Assembly: GCA_051362555.1 (NCBI GenBank)
Contig: CM120642.1
Coordinates: forward strand, 23,994,001 to 24,058,000
Length of the DNA: 64,000 bases
Direction of reading: 5' to 3'
Origin: Lingula anatina
Lineage: Eukaryota; Animalia; Brachiopoda
The notes under the pieces were generated by a model. That model was not told the DNA's origin, made no database searches, and worked only from the letters and a program-made list of their open reading frames with translations. The position numbers and the translations under genes are program-made. Shown one piece after another: positions 11,930 through 25,600 of this stretch; positions within the stretch are counted from its first letter, which is position 1; each line of letters opens with the position of its first letter.

Positions 11930-14900
11930 ATGCTGCGTATCATACTGTGCATAGCTCTGTGCTTGACTCTGGCGATTGCCTACAACAAGTAAGTGGACCT
12001 AATTGTTCTTATTCTTTATGAAAATAGATGTTTTGCACTAGTATGCCGCCAAACCCTAGAATTTGTTTCCAATGAACTATGTTTTCTTGCTTCGGGGCCT
12101 CCATGGGTCACTGGGGTAATTTTATCATGGTTGCAACAACCATGATTAAGGTATTGTTATGAATCTATATTAGCAGCAAAATCTCGCTCTAATTCCAGGT
12201 CGTATGTGATAATCTTTCCGAATGCTATTCGCCCGGGACTTCCATTAAAACTGGGTGTGAACATCCTCAGGGCCAGTGCACCTGTAAATGTCACGTGCAC
12301 TATGGCCAAAAACAACGTATTTCTCACGTCACAGAGTGGAAATTTTGAAGCAGGTATTATTACAGAAAGTGTAAACGTTGTTGTCTTTAAAGATTATAAT
12401 TGTACCTTTTTATTAGCCATAGGAAGCCAAATCAATCATAAATTAGCCATACGCACTTGCAGAGCTAAGACTGTGATGGGAGCTGTTAGCATTTTGAGAA
12501 AATCGATTTTCGATGCAGCGTTCGTCATTGCAGTATGCAAGTAAAGACGTGTCCCCTTTGATATAGTGATCTTAATTCGTTATTCAACTTTCACTTTTTG
12601 TTTTGAATTTTCTTGCATGAATTTGGCACTCCTGCAACTCCATCAATGTTTACTTTCAGGAGAGCCAGGGACTTTATTGCTTCAGGTAACAGATAGCGTT
12701 TCCCGCATTCTCCCCTATTCTACAAACGTTCGTCGACTTCGTTAGAATTCCCTTTATTGGCTTCAAGCCGTTGCATTGATAAATGTATATAAATTAATAC
12801 AATATTTACCATTTTGATTACCGCAAAGGTATAATTTTTGCTTGCCAGATATAAGTGAATCATTTATGCACTATAACATACTTTAGATTTCGCTTTATTT
12901 TCTCATCATCTTTGAATATACAGGTTCCAACCAATGCAACTCCTGGGACATATAAAATTCGCGTCAATGGGACAGGAGGGTTGACTTTCAATAATGAATC
13001 CCAAGTAACTTTCAAGACCAAAACAATGTCCATCTTGATTCAGACTGACAAGCCCATCTACAAACAAGGACAGACCGGTCAGTTTTACACGGTTGTAGAA
13101 AGTCCAATTTTCACGTTATTCTTCCTTAGTGTCCGTGTGCTCATAGTTAATAGAAATGTAATGTGATATCCAAAGTGCCTTCACAATAGCACACCCTTTA
13201 CTGTTTCAGTGTTATGTCAAGAAAGATGTTGGTACAATTTCTAACGTGGATGTCTCTTTTTCTCCCAGTGCGAATAAGAGCGTTGGTTGTATATCCCGAC
13301 TTGAAAAGCTTCAATGGACCGCTGACAGTGGAAATTTACGTAAGCTGTAAAGTCATTATGTCAGCCATAAGCGTCAAGCAACCCATAGAGACCACTTTTG
13401 TTCGCCTTTTTGATACCTTTTAGTTACAGTCGAACGGCTTAACTACCTTATCATTTTCTTCTAAAATAAATACAGCTTTGTGAAGATGACAAAAATCAAG
13501 CCAAACAAAGTTGATTGATTACTGGAAGCGCTTTAATTTGGTCCAGAAAATCGTGTCTCCCATGCCTTATAATTTTAAACATCTTTTACCAAAGGACCCG
13601 TCGAATAACAAAATCAAAAGCTGGGTTGATCTCCAGGAGTCTCCAGGAGCTGTAGCCGCTGAACTTCTTCTCTCTGATCAACCTCCGCTCGGCGCCTGGA
13701 CTGTCAGGGTGACGGCGGCAGTAGGTATCAAGTTTTCACAAGCTGAATATTTTATTGGTGAATTGATATAAAGTTAGAGTTAAATGATGTGAGAATGGCT
13801 GTGAAAAAACAATGTACGTTAGTGCTGTGGCTGAACCTGTTAATATTTATTGAATTAATAACTTCTGAAAGCGTAGAAACATGCACGTCATAATGTTATT
13901 TCCAAAGTAGGATGCTCCAGTAAATTACTAAAGGTTCAACTATAAACGATGTGAAATGAAATTTATACACAGAATATCTAGCTAAGACTGGCCATGGCAG
14001 CTCAAATTAGTGATCATATTATATGAATTAAAATGATGATATTATATTCTGGGATTTAAGCGTATTAGCTGTTTTGCAGTTCCTATGTTACTGGCAAAAA
14101 CGTGCATGCAGCTTAAATATTTTAAAGTTTTAATTGTAAAACATCCTGTCACTTAAAGGGATAACAACTGTTCATTTTGGCCAAAAAATGAATTTTCCTG
14201 GGGTAAACAGCCATTTTTTCATACTTATCAATGGTAAATGAATCCATTTCTACATTAAAAGTTAGTCCCTGTTTTTTTCTAAAAAGTTCGTTTTTTTGTA
14301 ATAATCTCTTAAGAGATCATTACAGAGTAAATCTTTCTACGGAGGTCACATGGTCAGATAGCAAGCACATTTCAGATTTATTGCTTTTACTGTCGTTTTT
14401 GTAGCAAAATAGAATATATTATATTTCTATGAGTTGTTTACAATGTATTTATAGTGAAATATAGATCTCATATGAAGACACTAGTGGGTCTGATTTGGTC
14501 CTAAAGTGCAATTTAAGACTAAAACTAGTCTGAGGCGATCTTTAAGCTTAAGACCAAATCAGGCCCACTAGTGAGAGTTGTTATCCCTTTAACATGATCT
14601 GTTCAAATATTCAATTATTCTGTTGAATTATTCAACATTTTTCTACCAAGCTCCAAACTGAAGAAAAGGAATTCACTGTAACTGAATACGGTACGTTTAT
14701 ATAAATACTTTTTATACAATATACGCCCAAGTGGGTTGTCACATTAAAGACAGAATGCTGGTATCAGACTTACGCTAAGCTATGACTTGCGTGGCTTGCG
14801 TGACGTTACTATTTTGCTTTTCGAGTTGTTTTTTAATATAGGGAAAATAAAGTGGATACGTATTAGAAGTGGTCAAATTTAAGGTGCATTCAGAAAAATC

Positions 14901-17900
14901 GAACCACGGACTAATTCACTGGCAGATCAAATATGGGCAACCCACTTGAAAGCAATCAGGCAATTAAGAATAGAACATCCGATGATCTACTGATCCACGG
15001 ATCAGAAATGGCGAAACCTACATGAAAGAAGAGCCAACTTATTGCCTCGAAGGCCCCATTCAGAATAGATGATATGAGTACTAACTGATCCACCTACTAA
15101 TTATGGCCGACCACACTTCAAAGGAGATGTCGCTGATTCCCGATGGTCTCCCCGTCTCCACACGCGCTGTCGCTGCAGGGGCCTAGCAATTAAACCTCGG
15201 AGCAGAGATTTAATCCGTTTAATGGTGTGTGTCGAGGCGGGGAGACCATCGTGAATCAGCGGCATCACTTTTGAAGTGCGGTCATCCATATTTAGGCTTC
15301 GTTCACATGAAAAATCTATTTTCTAAAAATCTATTTTCTTTTTGCGGTATATTGTGATCACGGTCTGTGCCCTGAATACCCCGTGGCGTAATTACTGGCA
15401 GCGCGAGCCAGTTACTTCCAAAGCTGTAATTAATTCTCGGCTGCGCTCGGAGTGATCACAATATACCGCGAATAGAAAATAGATTTTTAGAAAATAGATT
15501 TTTCATGTGAACGAAGTCTAAGTTGACGGATCAGTAAGTACTCCCGTCCATTAAAAATAAGGCCTAAATCTCAGCCCCACTTCGATCAGGTCAGAGGATC
15601 AAGGCAAACATCAACATATAACACCGAACTGTGCCTTGTTGAAAGTGGAGCCGAGATTTAGTTGCTGTAGATCCAGTGTCAACGGGCGTTTTATAAACTC
15701 ATATATGCAATAGGTCTTGAATATAGATGAAAGCAAATTGATTAGCTCCAAAAGGTTAAACGGGTCGTTTTACATTGATTGTTAGATGATTCTCACCCAT
15801 TACATTATGCAATTACTGACATATTTCCCTTTTTCAGTTGAACCAAAGTTTGATGTTGCTATGAACATTCCATCCTACGTATCATCCACAGACACTATTA
15901 TCAGTGGAAGCGTGGTAGCTAAGTAAGAATTGTGGTTATATTCGTGTCTACCAGAATACTGTACATATGTAATTGTTTATTTCAATCGAAGTTTGCATCT
16001 AATTTTGGCATACGTTTCCAAAATAGAAATTATGTATTCCTCATGGCCCGATTTTCAACAGAAGAACGGTAGGGACATTTTTCAATTTACTTGAATCTGG
16101 AAAGTCTTGCTGTAAGTATCATCAACCGAAAATATACAATGCACATTACAGTGGAAAAGTGGAACAGTTTTGTGATTTTGTTGAGCTTTCGAAAATGCTC
16201 ATTGTTTGGCATGAAGGAATCGCAGCCTGCAAAAGCATATTAGCAGAATGATCTTTTTCAGAAAGGATAGGAAGATGCATGTATGCTTTTATGGACGAGG
16301 TAACCGTATTTTTTAGAACTCGGCTAACTGTGTAAACAAATACTCCGTGTGTCGTTTCAAGTTCTGTCTAAGTGCGATTCTCTTTTCCAGGTACAGCGAT
16401 GGAAAAGGGGTGGACTGTTTTGGCAATGCAGAACTGCCTTTAACGGACAACTCCCAAATAAAACGATTGGATTTTGTAAGTATACAGTGCAGTAACTGAA
16501 GCCAAGCAGGCTGCTGAAAGTGGCAGTTTTCTGCTAGATGTGAGAGTGTGTTCGAGGGGGCTGGGGTGTTAAAAATGAGCCCCATTTATAGTTCATGAAT
16601 CTCCTCGTTAAGTTCAAAGAACTCAAATGCCAAAGTGTCTAAAATTTCATCGTCATCAAAAAAGTTTGATCGGAGCCGATCCGCCGTACCCCCCCCCCCC
16701 CCAATAAAACAATAAAAGCTCGATCTCTCCACTGGCCACTGTTTTATGCCAATCTGTCTACTTGAACGGCTAGATCGTGGTTGTATGTCGTTTTAGGTCC
16801 TCGAGGTCCATATACTGTTCCTATAAGTGATGATTTTTCCATTTGTTGGCCTCTCAGAATGTGTCCTACGAAGGTGAGCTTTCTCTCTGTGAGGAAGTCA
16901 AGCAGTCCTTTTTCATATCCGAATCGTCTCAGCACTTCATCATTCGTAGTCCTTGTAACCCAACTAATTCTAAGAACACGCCGGTAGCACCATAATCCAA
17001 AACTTTCTCATCTCTCTGTATCTGGTTTTCCATCACCCAACATTCCGCGCCATATGAAGCTATTGAAAAAAACTACAGAGTTGAGCAGTCTCTTCTTTGT
17101 ATTAAGAGAAATGTTTTTGTCTTCCCAGACCTTAGTTAAGGGGATTGTGGCACTCTTCGCAAATAGAATTCGGCGTTTAATTTCTGGAGTGTCATCGTAT
17201 TTGTCAGTGAATATTGCACCAAGATAGATGAATTGTTTCACGTTTTCAGCCTTATCAGCATCGATCAGGGTATGACTGTTCCCTACATCCTCTGTATCTT
17301 CATCATAATTGTTTTCGTAGTGTTAAGAAAATGACCAACTTTGTTGCTTTCTGTTCTCACCCTGTCAAGCCATACGATTCTTGAGGTTTGAACACAGAGC
17401 TAGCAATTAGGACTATATCATATCTCAGGTTTGACACATTTCCTTCGACCTTGACATTACCTTCATAATCTTCAAGAGCATTTCTCATAATGGATTCAGA
17501 GTAGAGGTTGAAAAGGTGTGGCTGGATAACATGTATATTTGTGAACCTGAAAGTCATTGCGATACTCTGATCATACATGTTTTATCTTGAACATTTTCAC
17601 CAGCTCAGCCTGGCGAAAAAGTATGAATAAAAGAATAGATCTGAGCTCCAATGGAGACATACATACCATATCCCTAAAAATTTAAATATCTAAGAAAATA
17701 TACCTTAACGAAGTACACTATTATAATTATAATTATGATTTAAAAATGCAATGACATATGCTATAATAGAAACTACTGATAAATTATATTGATAACTTTC
17801 CACGTTTCTTCACGAAAAGGTTGACGGAAAAGGAGACTTTGAGTTTTTCGTGGGTTCCATGGGTCAATTTGGTGAAGTTGAAAAGAAGTATCAAACAGTG

Positions 17901-19603
17901 CAAGTAAAAGCATCTGTCAAAGAAACCCTCACAGATCTTTCACAGGTTGTGTGGTCGGAATTTACGTTCTATTCTTCGCCATACAAGATAGAGATCCTGG
18001 GGTCCACCCCAAAGGTTTTCAAACCGGGACTTACGTACACCGGCTTTGTAAGTTGAAGCGTGGTTCGGGCGAACTTTAGCAAAGAACTTTACCAAAGTCT
18101 GAAAAAAATGTCAATACTAACGAAAATTGATCTACAATTTATATCTGATACAATTTTCTTATTGGTCAGGAATACTATTAACACTTTTAATTTTCATTCA
18201 TAAGTTGCAAAGATATAAAGTTATGCGCCAAAGAAGAAATATCTCTACATTGTACATGAGCTCGTATCGTGTTATATCACAACAGGTAAAACTGAGCCTT
18301 GTAGATGGGACACCAATTGAGGGGGAGGACCAGAAACTTCAGATTGAGGCTCGGGTTACATATGCATTAGAGATACCCGAAGCTTTAAAAAAATTTCCGC
18401 CTTCCTACTGGGAACCTCTTATCGAGTATAAGACAGTTGAAGAACCCGTTCAGGAACTGAGCGTACCGAATGACGGCATTGTTCGATTTGACTTGGAAGT
18501 TAGCCAAGACCGAGCGACCGAAATCGCATTCACGGTACTGATTTGAATTGGGTCCAAATATATCAATTATCCTGTACTTTCTTTTCACTTACATTATATT
18601 TGGTGAATTTAATTTTAATTGTGAGTATAGACTTTATACATGTACCTGTATATATGCATGTCCACGACACTGGGTAACTACAATGGGTTATCGTCTTTAA
18701 AAATCTGTCAAAATATTCCTTTGTGTTGGATTACGGTGAGTGTGCTGCATGTTTAAAGGGGTAAATTTATCTTATTTTGTGTTTCTAAACATTGCTGTGT
18801 ATTTTAAACTTTTTATTCTTATCCGAAAATAACACTAAAACAGCGCTTAAATCTGGGACACAGATATACCAGTCTGTTTTGCAGCTATACACTGTGGAAA
18901 AGAAAGGTGTCAAAATAGAAACGTCATGTTTTTTTTTTTTTGGTCATTTGGGATCATTTACGGCACACGCTAGAGAAAAACAAAACATGCTCTTGGTCGC
19001 AAATTTTGATGGGTGGAGAAATCAAGCTGTGCGTTACCTTTGTTTCCGTTTTCTAATTCAGTACAAAGTATTACCCGGTATCTCCCATACAGAGGACTGC
19101 ACCAGTCGATCAGTTTCGGGATTTAAATATCTGAAATACACTCTGCTTATCATAAAACAACACTGTGTAAGGAAATCCTGTCATCTGAGGGTGTCAGAAG
19201 TTATAACCTTTATGCGTGTAATCTATTTTCGTTTCCGTCAGACACGCACGACAGTTGAACCACAACTAGCTCACAGTTTTGTTTCCCCATTCAGATTCGG
19301 CCCTAAGGCTCGGCGTAAAAAGTGGAGCTTTTCATTGAAGACGTTATGACCCTGTCGCAAGAATATTAAATGAGACTTCTTAAATAAGCTAAATCCGGTT
19401 CCCACTTTTTGGCGTGTAACTCACGAAAAAACGGTGTCATCGCTTTTAAACCGCCGATTCAGAATCGTAGCGTGCTTTCCCAAATCTGAAGTTAAGTGTT
19501 CCGCTTCCCTGATAATTTGTATATGTGTTTTATGTTACATTTCCAAACTTTATGAATATAAAGCAAAACACGATGAATATTCTGAGCAGAAAGCGTGCTC
19601 ACA

Positions 19604-19661
<58 letters not shown>

Positions 19662-22600
19662 ATTAAAAAAATTAAGATAATTATATATGTACAAAAATCG
19701 CCAAATGACAGGTTAGCCGAAATTTTTGCTTGATGAATGAAGTACAAGTGCAAAAAGATGTACATGAACAGATACATTTCTTGTCTGGAAGCTGAGGGTG
19801 TGATGACACCTTTCCCTTCACACAAGTGTACTAATAAAATATTATTTACGATGAATATCAATTAATAACATGATTATTTAATTTTCTTATTCATCGCAGT
19901 TTACTTACGGATCAAAGGTTGGATACCTGACCGTTTATGGCTTTAGGTCTCCTAGCGACAGTTATATTCAGGTTTTATCGAAAACGCCATCGATACAGGT
20001 AAAGCAAGTCGTATTCATTATTTAGTTTCATCATGTTGTTTTTACAAATGCATTTTTATACTACGTAAACACGCTTGGCATATTCTTATCTTTAAATTTC
20101 GGGGAATTATTAACAAACGAACAACACACAATGAAAAAACTGGAACATTTAAATGTTGTTTTCTTAATTAAAGGTGGGGAGTAATGCTGAATTTAAAGTC
20201 CAGGCGACAGAACACGTAACCACATTGGTTTATCTGGTAAGAAAGCCATTTTCTGATAACATTCAAACTTTAGGCCGTAAACCAATACCACTCGGAGAAA
20301 GCTCAGTCATCACCTTGCTCAACGCAATATGTGCATTTGGTTAAGAGAAAGATTTAAAACATGCGTGTAATGCAATATGGATGTAAATGAGAATTATCAA
20401 ACACAAACCGTTTACTAACGGTATGAAAGTATTTGGGCTCGTGTTTGATAATTTTGATTTATGATCAAACTACCAAGCTAATGAACAATTTTTGCTCATA
20501 TTATGGATGTAAAGGATTTCCCTTTTATTGATGTATTATTTTTGGTTATTTTTGTTTCATTTATTGCTATTATTTTGATAATGTGAATTCCAGAAAATTG
20601 CACACTACATATGACACTGTTCATTTATAATACATCACACTGTAGATAATTTATTTGATTATCTAGATTAGAAAGGGAAGAATATGTTTATTCGCCAAAC
20701 TGTCACTTTTTTTACAATTTTGAACTAAATATCATCAACATTTAAACCGGGTAGCTAGTAAAAATATTCTAATAGGAGTACATAAACTAGATTCCTTCTT
20801 ACCTCCTGCCATGCTTGATCTTGAATTGAGGTGTTTCTTCACACTATATGGAATTTATAACACGGTGGATCTGCGTCATTTAAGGTATATTAATCACATT
20901 TTGTAATACATTTGATTTGAGAGAAAAACAGTGCAATGACCATAAGAAATTAACACATCACGCTAAACAGATTAATAAGATGGATCCGCCTACTGCTTAA
21001 CACCCTTAGATGCAGAGCTAAAACCCTGTAAACTCACCTCCCTATCATTCCTGGACACGAGAGAGACGTACATGCTGATAGTAGAGAGAGGAGTTCCCAG
21101 AGAGCTCTGAAACTCAGGTTTACTGTTTTAATAACGTTTTAATCCCTGTAGGTCATCGCCGGTGGAAATGTTGTGTCAACGAATAAAGTGTCCCTGAACT
21201 CCAACATGACTTTTAAAGTTGCCATCACCCCAGATATGGCACCCAAATCCAAGATGGCCGCCTACTATGTACGCAGTGACGGCGAAGTCGTCGCAGACGT
21301 TCTCAATTTCAATGTAAAGGGAGCATTTAAAAACCAGGTAATCGCATGCGAGGAACAATTCTAATCACCTTTAGATTTTGTTAGTTCTTTGAATTCGGTT
21401 TCTTTCCATATCATGAATTAAACTGTCGTGTGATTTTATCGATTAGCAGTGAGTGTTAGGTTCTGTAATAAGTCACCCCATGTTTTTCACATAAAATGCA
21501 ACATTTAATAAATTATTGTTCATAGCAAGCTGTCCTTATAATCAAATGCAACATTTTATAAATTATTATTTATATGAAGTTTTCATTGTTTTCCTTGTTC
21601 TGGGTCAATTTTAGGTGTCCATAAAATTTGACGATACCAGGGCAGAAGTTGGGCAAAAAGTAAGCATTTCATTGAGTGCCGATCCTGGATCGTTTGTGGG
21701 GATCTTGGCCATAGACCAAAGTTTGCTCCCCTTTAAATACCTGCATGACGACTTTACGGAAGAGAAGGTATTAGTCTTAATGAACTTTGTAGTGAATGTC
21801 ACATACTGTATATTTGTCACACAAGAAACATTGTTTCAATTAAAACAAATGTCAATAAATAAATAAATAAATAAATGAATAAAAGGTTCTCCCTACAATG
21901 AAATGCAGGGTAAATACGAGGTCATCCAACATACCTTGCTAACTCTATTGAGATAACAAACAAAGTGGACGTTTTACTTCAATTAAAACACACACAATTA
22001 TTTTTTACCATATGAAAAATTACACCGAATTATAGGCTATATATGTGGGATACTCGTTCCCGTTATTCAACGTAATTTAATTAAAATGAGATGATTGTGT
22101 ATTCTTCACTTAAGGTTTTGAGAGAGCTTGATAGTTATGACACTAAGAGAGAGACAAACATTGCCAGGAAGAAGCGCTCCATACTGCAGAACATCATTCC
22201 GATAGGTGGCATTGACGTCTATGACATGTTCCAAGTAAAGTACACGTGTCTCTTTTCAATCAAAATGAAGTAAAATGGTTTTGTTCGTTGTATCCGAGGA
22301 CCAAGTGGTGGTCAAACATGAACAAGACATCAATAGCTTCAAGTATTACCCGATGAAGTGTTTGAGTCATGTAACCAATTATTAATTCGTTTAACCACCG
22401 AAGTGTTAGAATTTAAAACGTAAGCTACCAAGTCGATTAATCAACAGTCGGCTGTTTCTACATTTTCAAACACCAAACAACGTTAACCTACTTTAATACA
22501 TATGCTGAATATTATTTTATCGGACTTTTGATTGGCATGCTTGTAATGCATTGTGATTCCATTTGGCATATGCTAAAACAATCATTACAGTCAACTGGCA

Positions 22601-25600
22601 AAACTGCTATAATCTCATAAAATGGATATATAATGATAGCGACTTTTGTCATTGCACTGTAAAGAGAATGTTACATAAACAATCTTAGAAAAGTTTTTTT
22701 TTTTAATTTCAGAACTTTGGTGTTATTGCATTTACCGATACTATGATCTACAGTCACAAAAACACAGCGGCATGTAAGTTGGGCAGTTTTTTCATTTCTT
22801 TTCGAAATGTGAAAAAAATAGTTTATTCAAACGGTCGATAGAGAACATAAAACGGACGAATAACGCAAACGATTTTATTTGTTTGGTTTAAGTTCTGTTG
22901 CAAAGCTCAATCATGTGTTTTAGCATTCAAAATGTGCGTTTATTAGAACCATTCGTAGAACAGCGTTCTACGTCGAAATCAACGTTATTACACATTGTTT
23001 TAATCGAACAATTTAGTCAATAAATTTCAATCAAAGATGGGCAAATTGATAATGTACCGTTATGGCAAGGTGGGAACAATGTTTATTGTGAAATGTGTGT
23101 TCAGTTCCTCTGTAATATGTATTCACTTAATAAAAATGTAAGATAACTATGCCTCCTTCAGTGGGTTTTATGACGACGCATTTGCGTGTGAACCTCCATG
23201 TGGTTCCCAAATATAACGAGACCTTGCCATGGCCTAACTATGTATCTTATCGTTTTTTTTTCTTTTTTTTTGTTAGGGGAGGCAGAAAGTAATAATGACG
23301 TTGGCAGTTTGGCGGATATAGAGCCAATGCAGTCATATTTTAAAGAAACTTGGCTTTGGACCAGTGTCACATTAGGGTATTAGTTGGCAATACCGTATAT
23401 CTATTTGCATTTAAAAAAGGTTTCTTAGACCCTAAATTAAATTTACCATACACGAATTCATACCAAACGTTGGATGTATATGGGTAATAGAGCAGTCTGA
23501 AACACAGTGCTTTGCCTTCACGTATTTTCACATGGACAATTGGACTTGCTCAAAGTTAATTTTTGCCGATTACGAGAGACTTTGAATTGACTTAACTCCT
23601 TAATTTTATCTTGTTAATTCCCCAGTGCAACAGGCACGACTTCACTTAATGTCATACTGCCAGGTGGTACCTCGTCATGGGCAGTCAATGCGATTGCAGT
23701 TCATCCAGAAACCGGTCTGGGAGTGGCAAAGACAGAGGTGATCTAAACATTGCTTTTCTTCACCAAATAATGTGATTGAAATATTAATAGTATTTATATC
23801 ACAGGAAAATGAAGACAGAATTAATAAATTTTGCGAGCAGGGCAATTTTCTCGCTAGCATATAGTAGCGGAGGTGCAACCGAATGGGTTTAAGATTACGA
23901 AATGCATTAATGTGGTTTGAGCTTTATGTGTAGCTCATATTAGCAAAATATATTTGATACCCACACAGTATGAAATATGTAGCGTATATTACTATTTTGA
24001 ACAATACATTGACTCGTGCCAAATGTGCAAATGCGTATATGCATATGTTGTGTCAAGATCATATGATATGTTTATCAAATACACACTAAAGGATATGCAT
24101 TACTTCATAAATGAAAGAATGATAATTGGTTTATTGTAGCTGGGGGCATTCCGTAGGTTCCTGGTAGCAGTGTACATGCCAGATTCGGTCGTGCTTGGAG
24201 AGAAGTTGATCCTTCGAGTGGCAATTTGGAACGATATGGGCATTGACTTGGACGTAAGACAACGTGTTTAGTTTCATTAATCACGTATATATCACGTGAA
24301 AATAAAAGTAAAAAATCTGAACTATACACCTTATTACTGGTTTTAATCAAGTGTGCCCTGTGCTAAATTTCGATTTTAACGACCAGTAATGATGTTAGAG
24401 ATATCAAGAAAACATATGAATAAATAAAGGAAAAAGTGAAAGGTGAAGCAGTGCACTGAGGTTAAAAATGTTATCAATTGAAATATTGAGAGATGTAAGC
24501 ATATCTGTTAATTCCGCGCAAACCGAAATTCAAATTACCATTGTTTTTAAGGTTGACGTTATATTGGAAAAGTCAGACGGGTTCAAGAGCATAGTATTAG
24601 GCACGGATGGAAAGCCAACAACTGTATCTGAAGCACAAACGCAGAAAGACAGTGTACGTGAAGCTGTACCGTATATATCGTCGTAGTCCAAGATTTGGTT
24701 CTTAAACCCCTTTCAATATGTACCTGCTATACAACATTGGTCAAAAAGGTTGTCCCACCCCCAGTATCATGTGCTTTTCTTTATAAATGATCACCTCACA
24801 GGTGAAATTTGTTATAAGTAGTGATTTTCATTCCAGATACCATTACTAACATGATTAATGGAACAGAAAATACAAACTAGCGGTAAAAATATCAATATTT
24901 AATAGCATTTATTCACATTAAATACATGTACCCCCTTAAATCCGACGTTTCACTGTGATTTTGACAGAGGCAAAGAAATGTCCATTAAATTGAAAAGACA
25001 CCACCAAATGTCACCAAATTTACACACATTTAGCATTAGGGTGTGTTCGTAAAAGGTCACGTGTCTAATAGCGTGTGTGTCTACCGCATACTGTAATTAT
25101 CTCCTGTAGGCGGCGCGGCCTGCCTTCAACAAGGATAACAATTCTGTTTTGTGGGATATTGTCCCATTCTTCCTAAAGAGATTGGGGGAGTCGGTTCAGA
25201 TTATTAGGAGATTGGTTCTCCTTCGCATTGCATACTTTATTTCATGCCACAGATGCTTAGAATGATTAATATCAGGGGTCAAAGATTGTTGGCCCATCCT
25301 CTGAACATTGGGTTTCTGCAACAATCACTCAGCAGACGAGAACTGTGTGCAAGTGCATTTCCACGATGACGCCTGCAGTATCCTTGATGTCACCTTTTAC
25401 AAATGGAGTGAGGTACTTGTTGAGAATGTTTCAGTGAATTGCCTCAACAATGTTCTTTTTCGGAAAGAACAATTTACTGAAACCATGGGCTGGAATGCTC
25501 TCGAAACGTGGACTGACCTGACACCTCAGGCGACAATATCCTGCACACACCTTCCAAAAGCATTCTGCAACTTGTTTAGGGGCCCTAATTTGACCATCGA

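Noticed and set aside
18792-19349. 185-aa ORF, and similar ORFs at 493-957, 8792-9268 and those crossing microsatellites
   Set aside because: No recognisable motifs; they are intronic, antisense to exons, inside MITEs or low complexity.
18752-19450. Another TTAAAGG-starting Kolobok-like element
   Set aside because: No matching right TIR could be identified.
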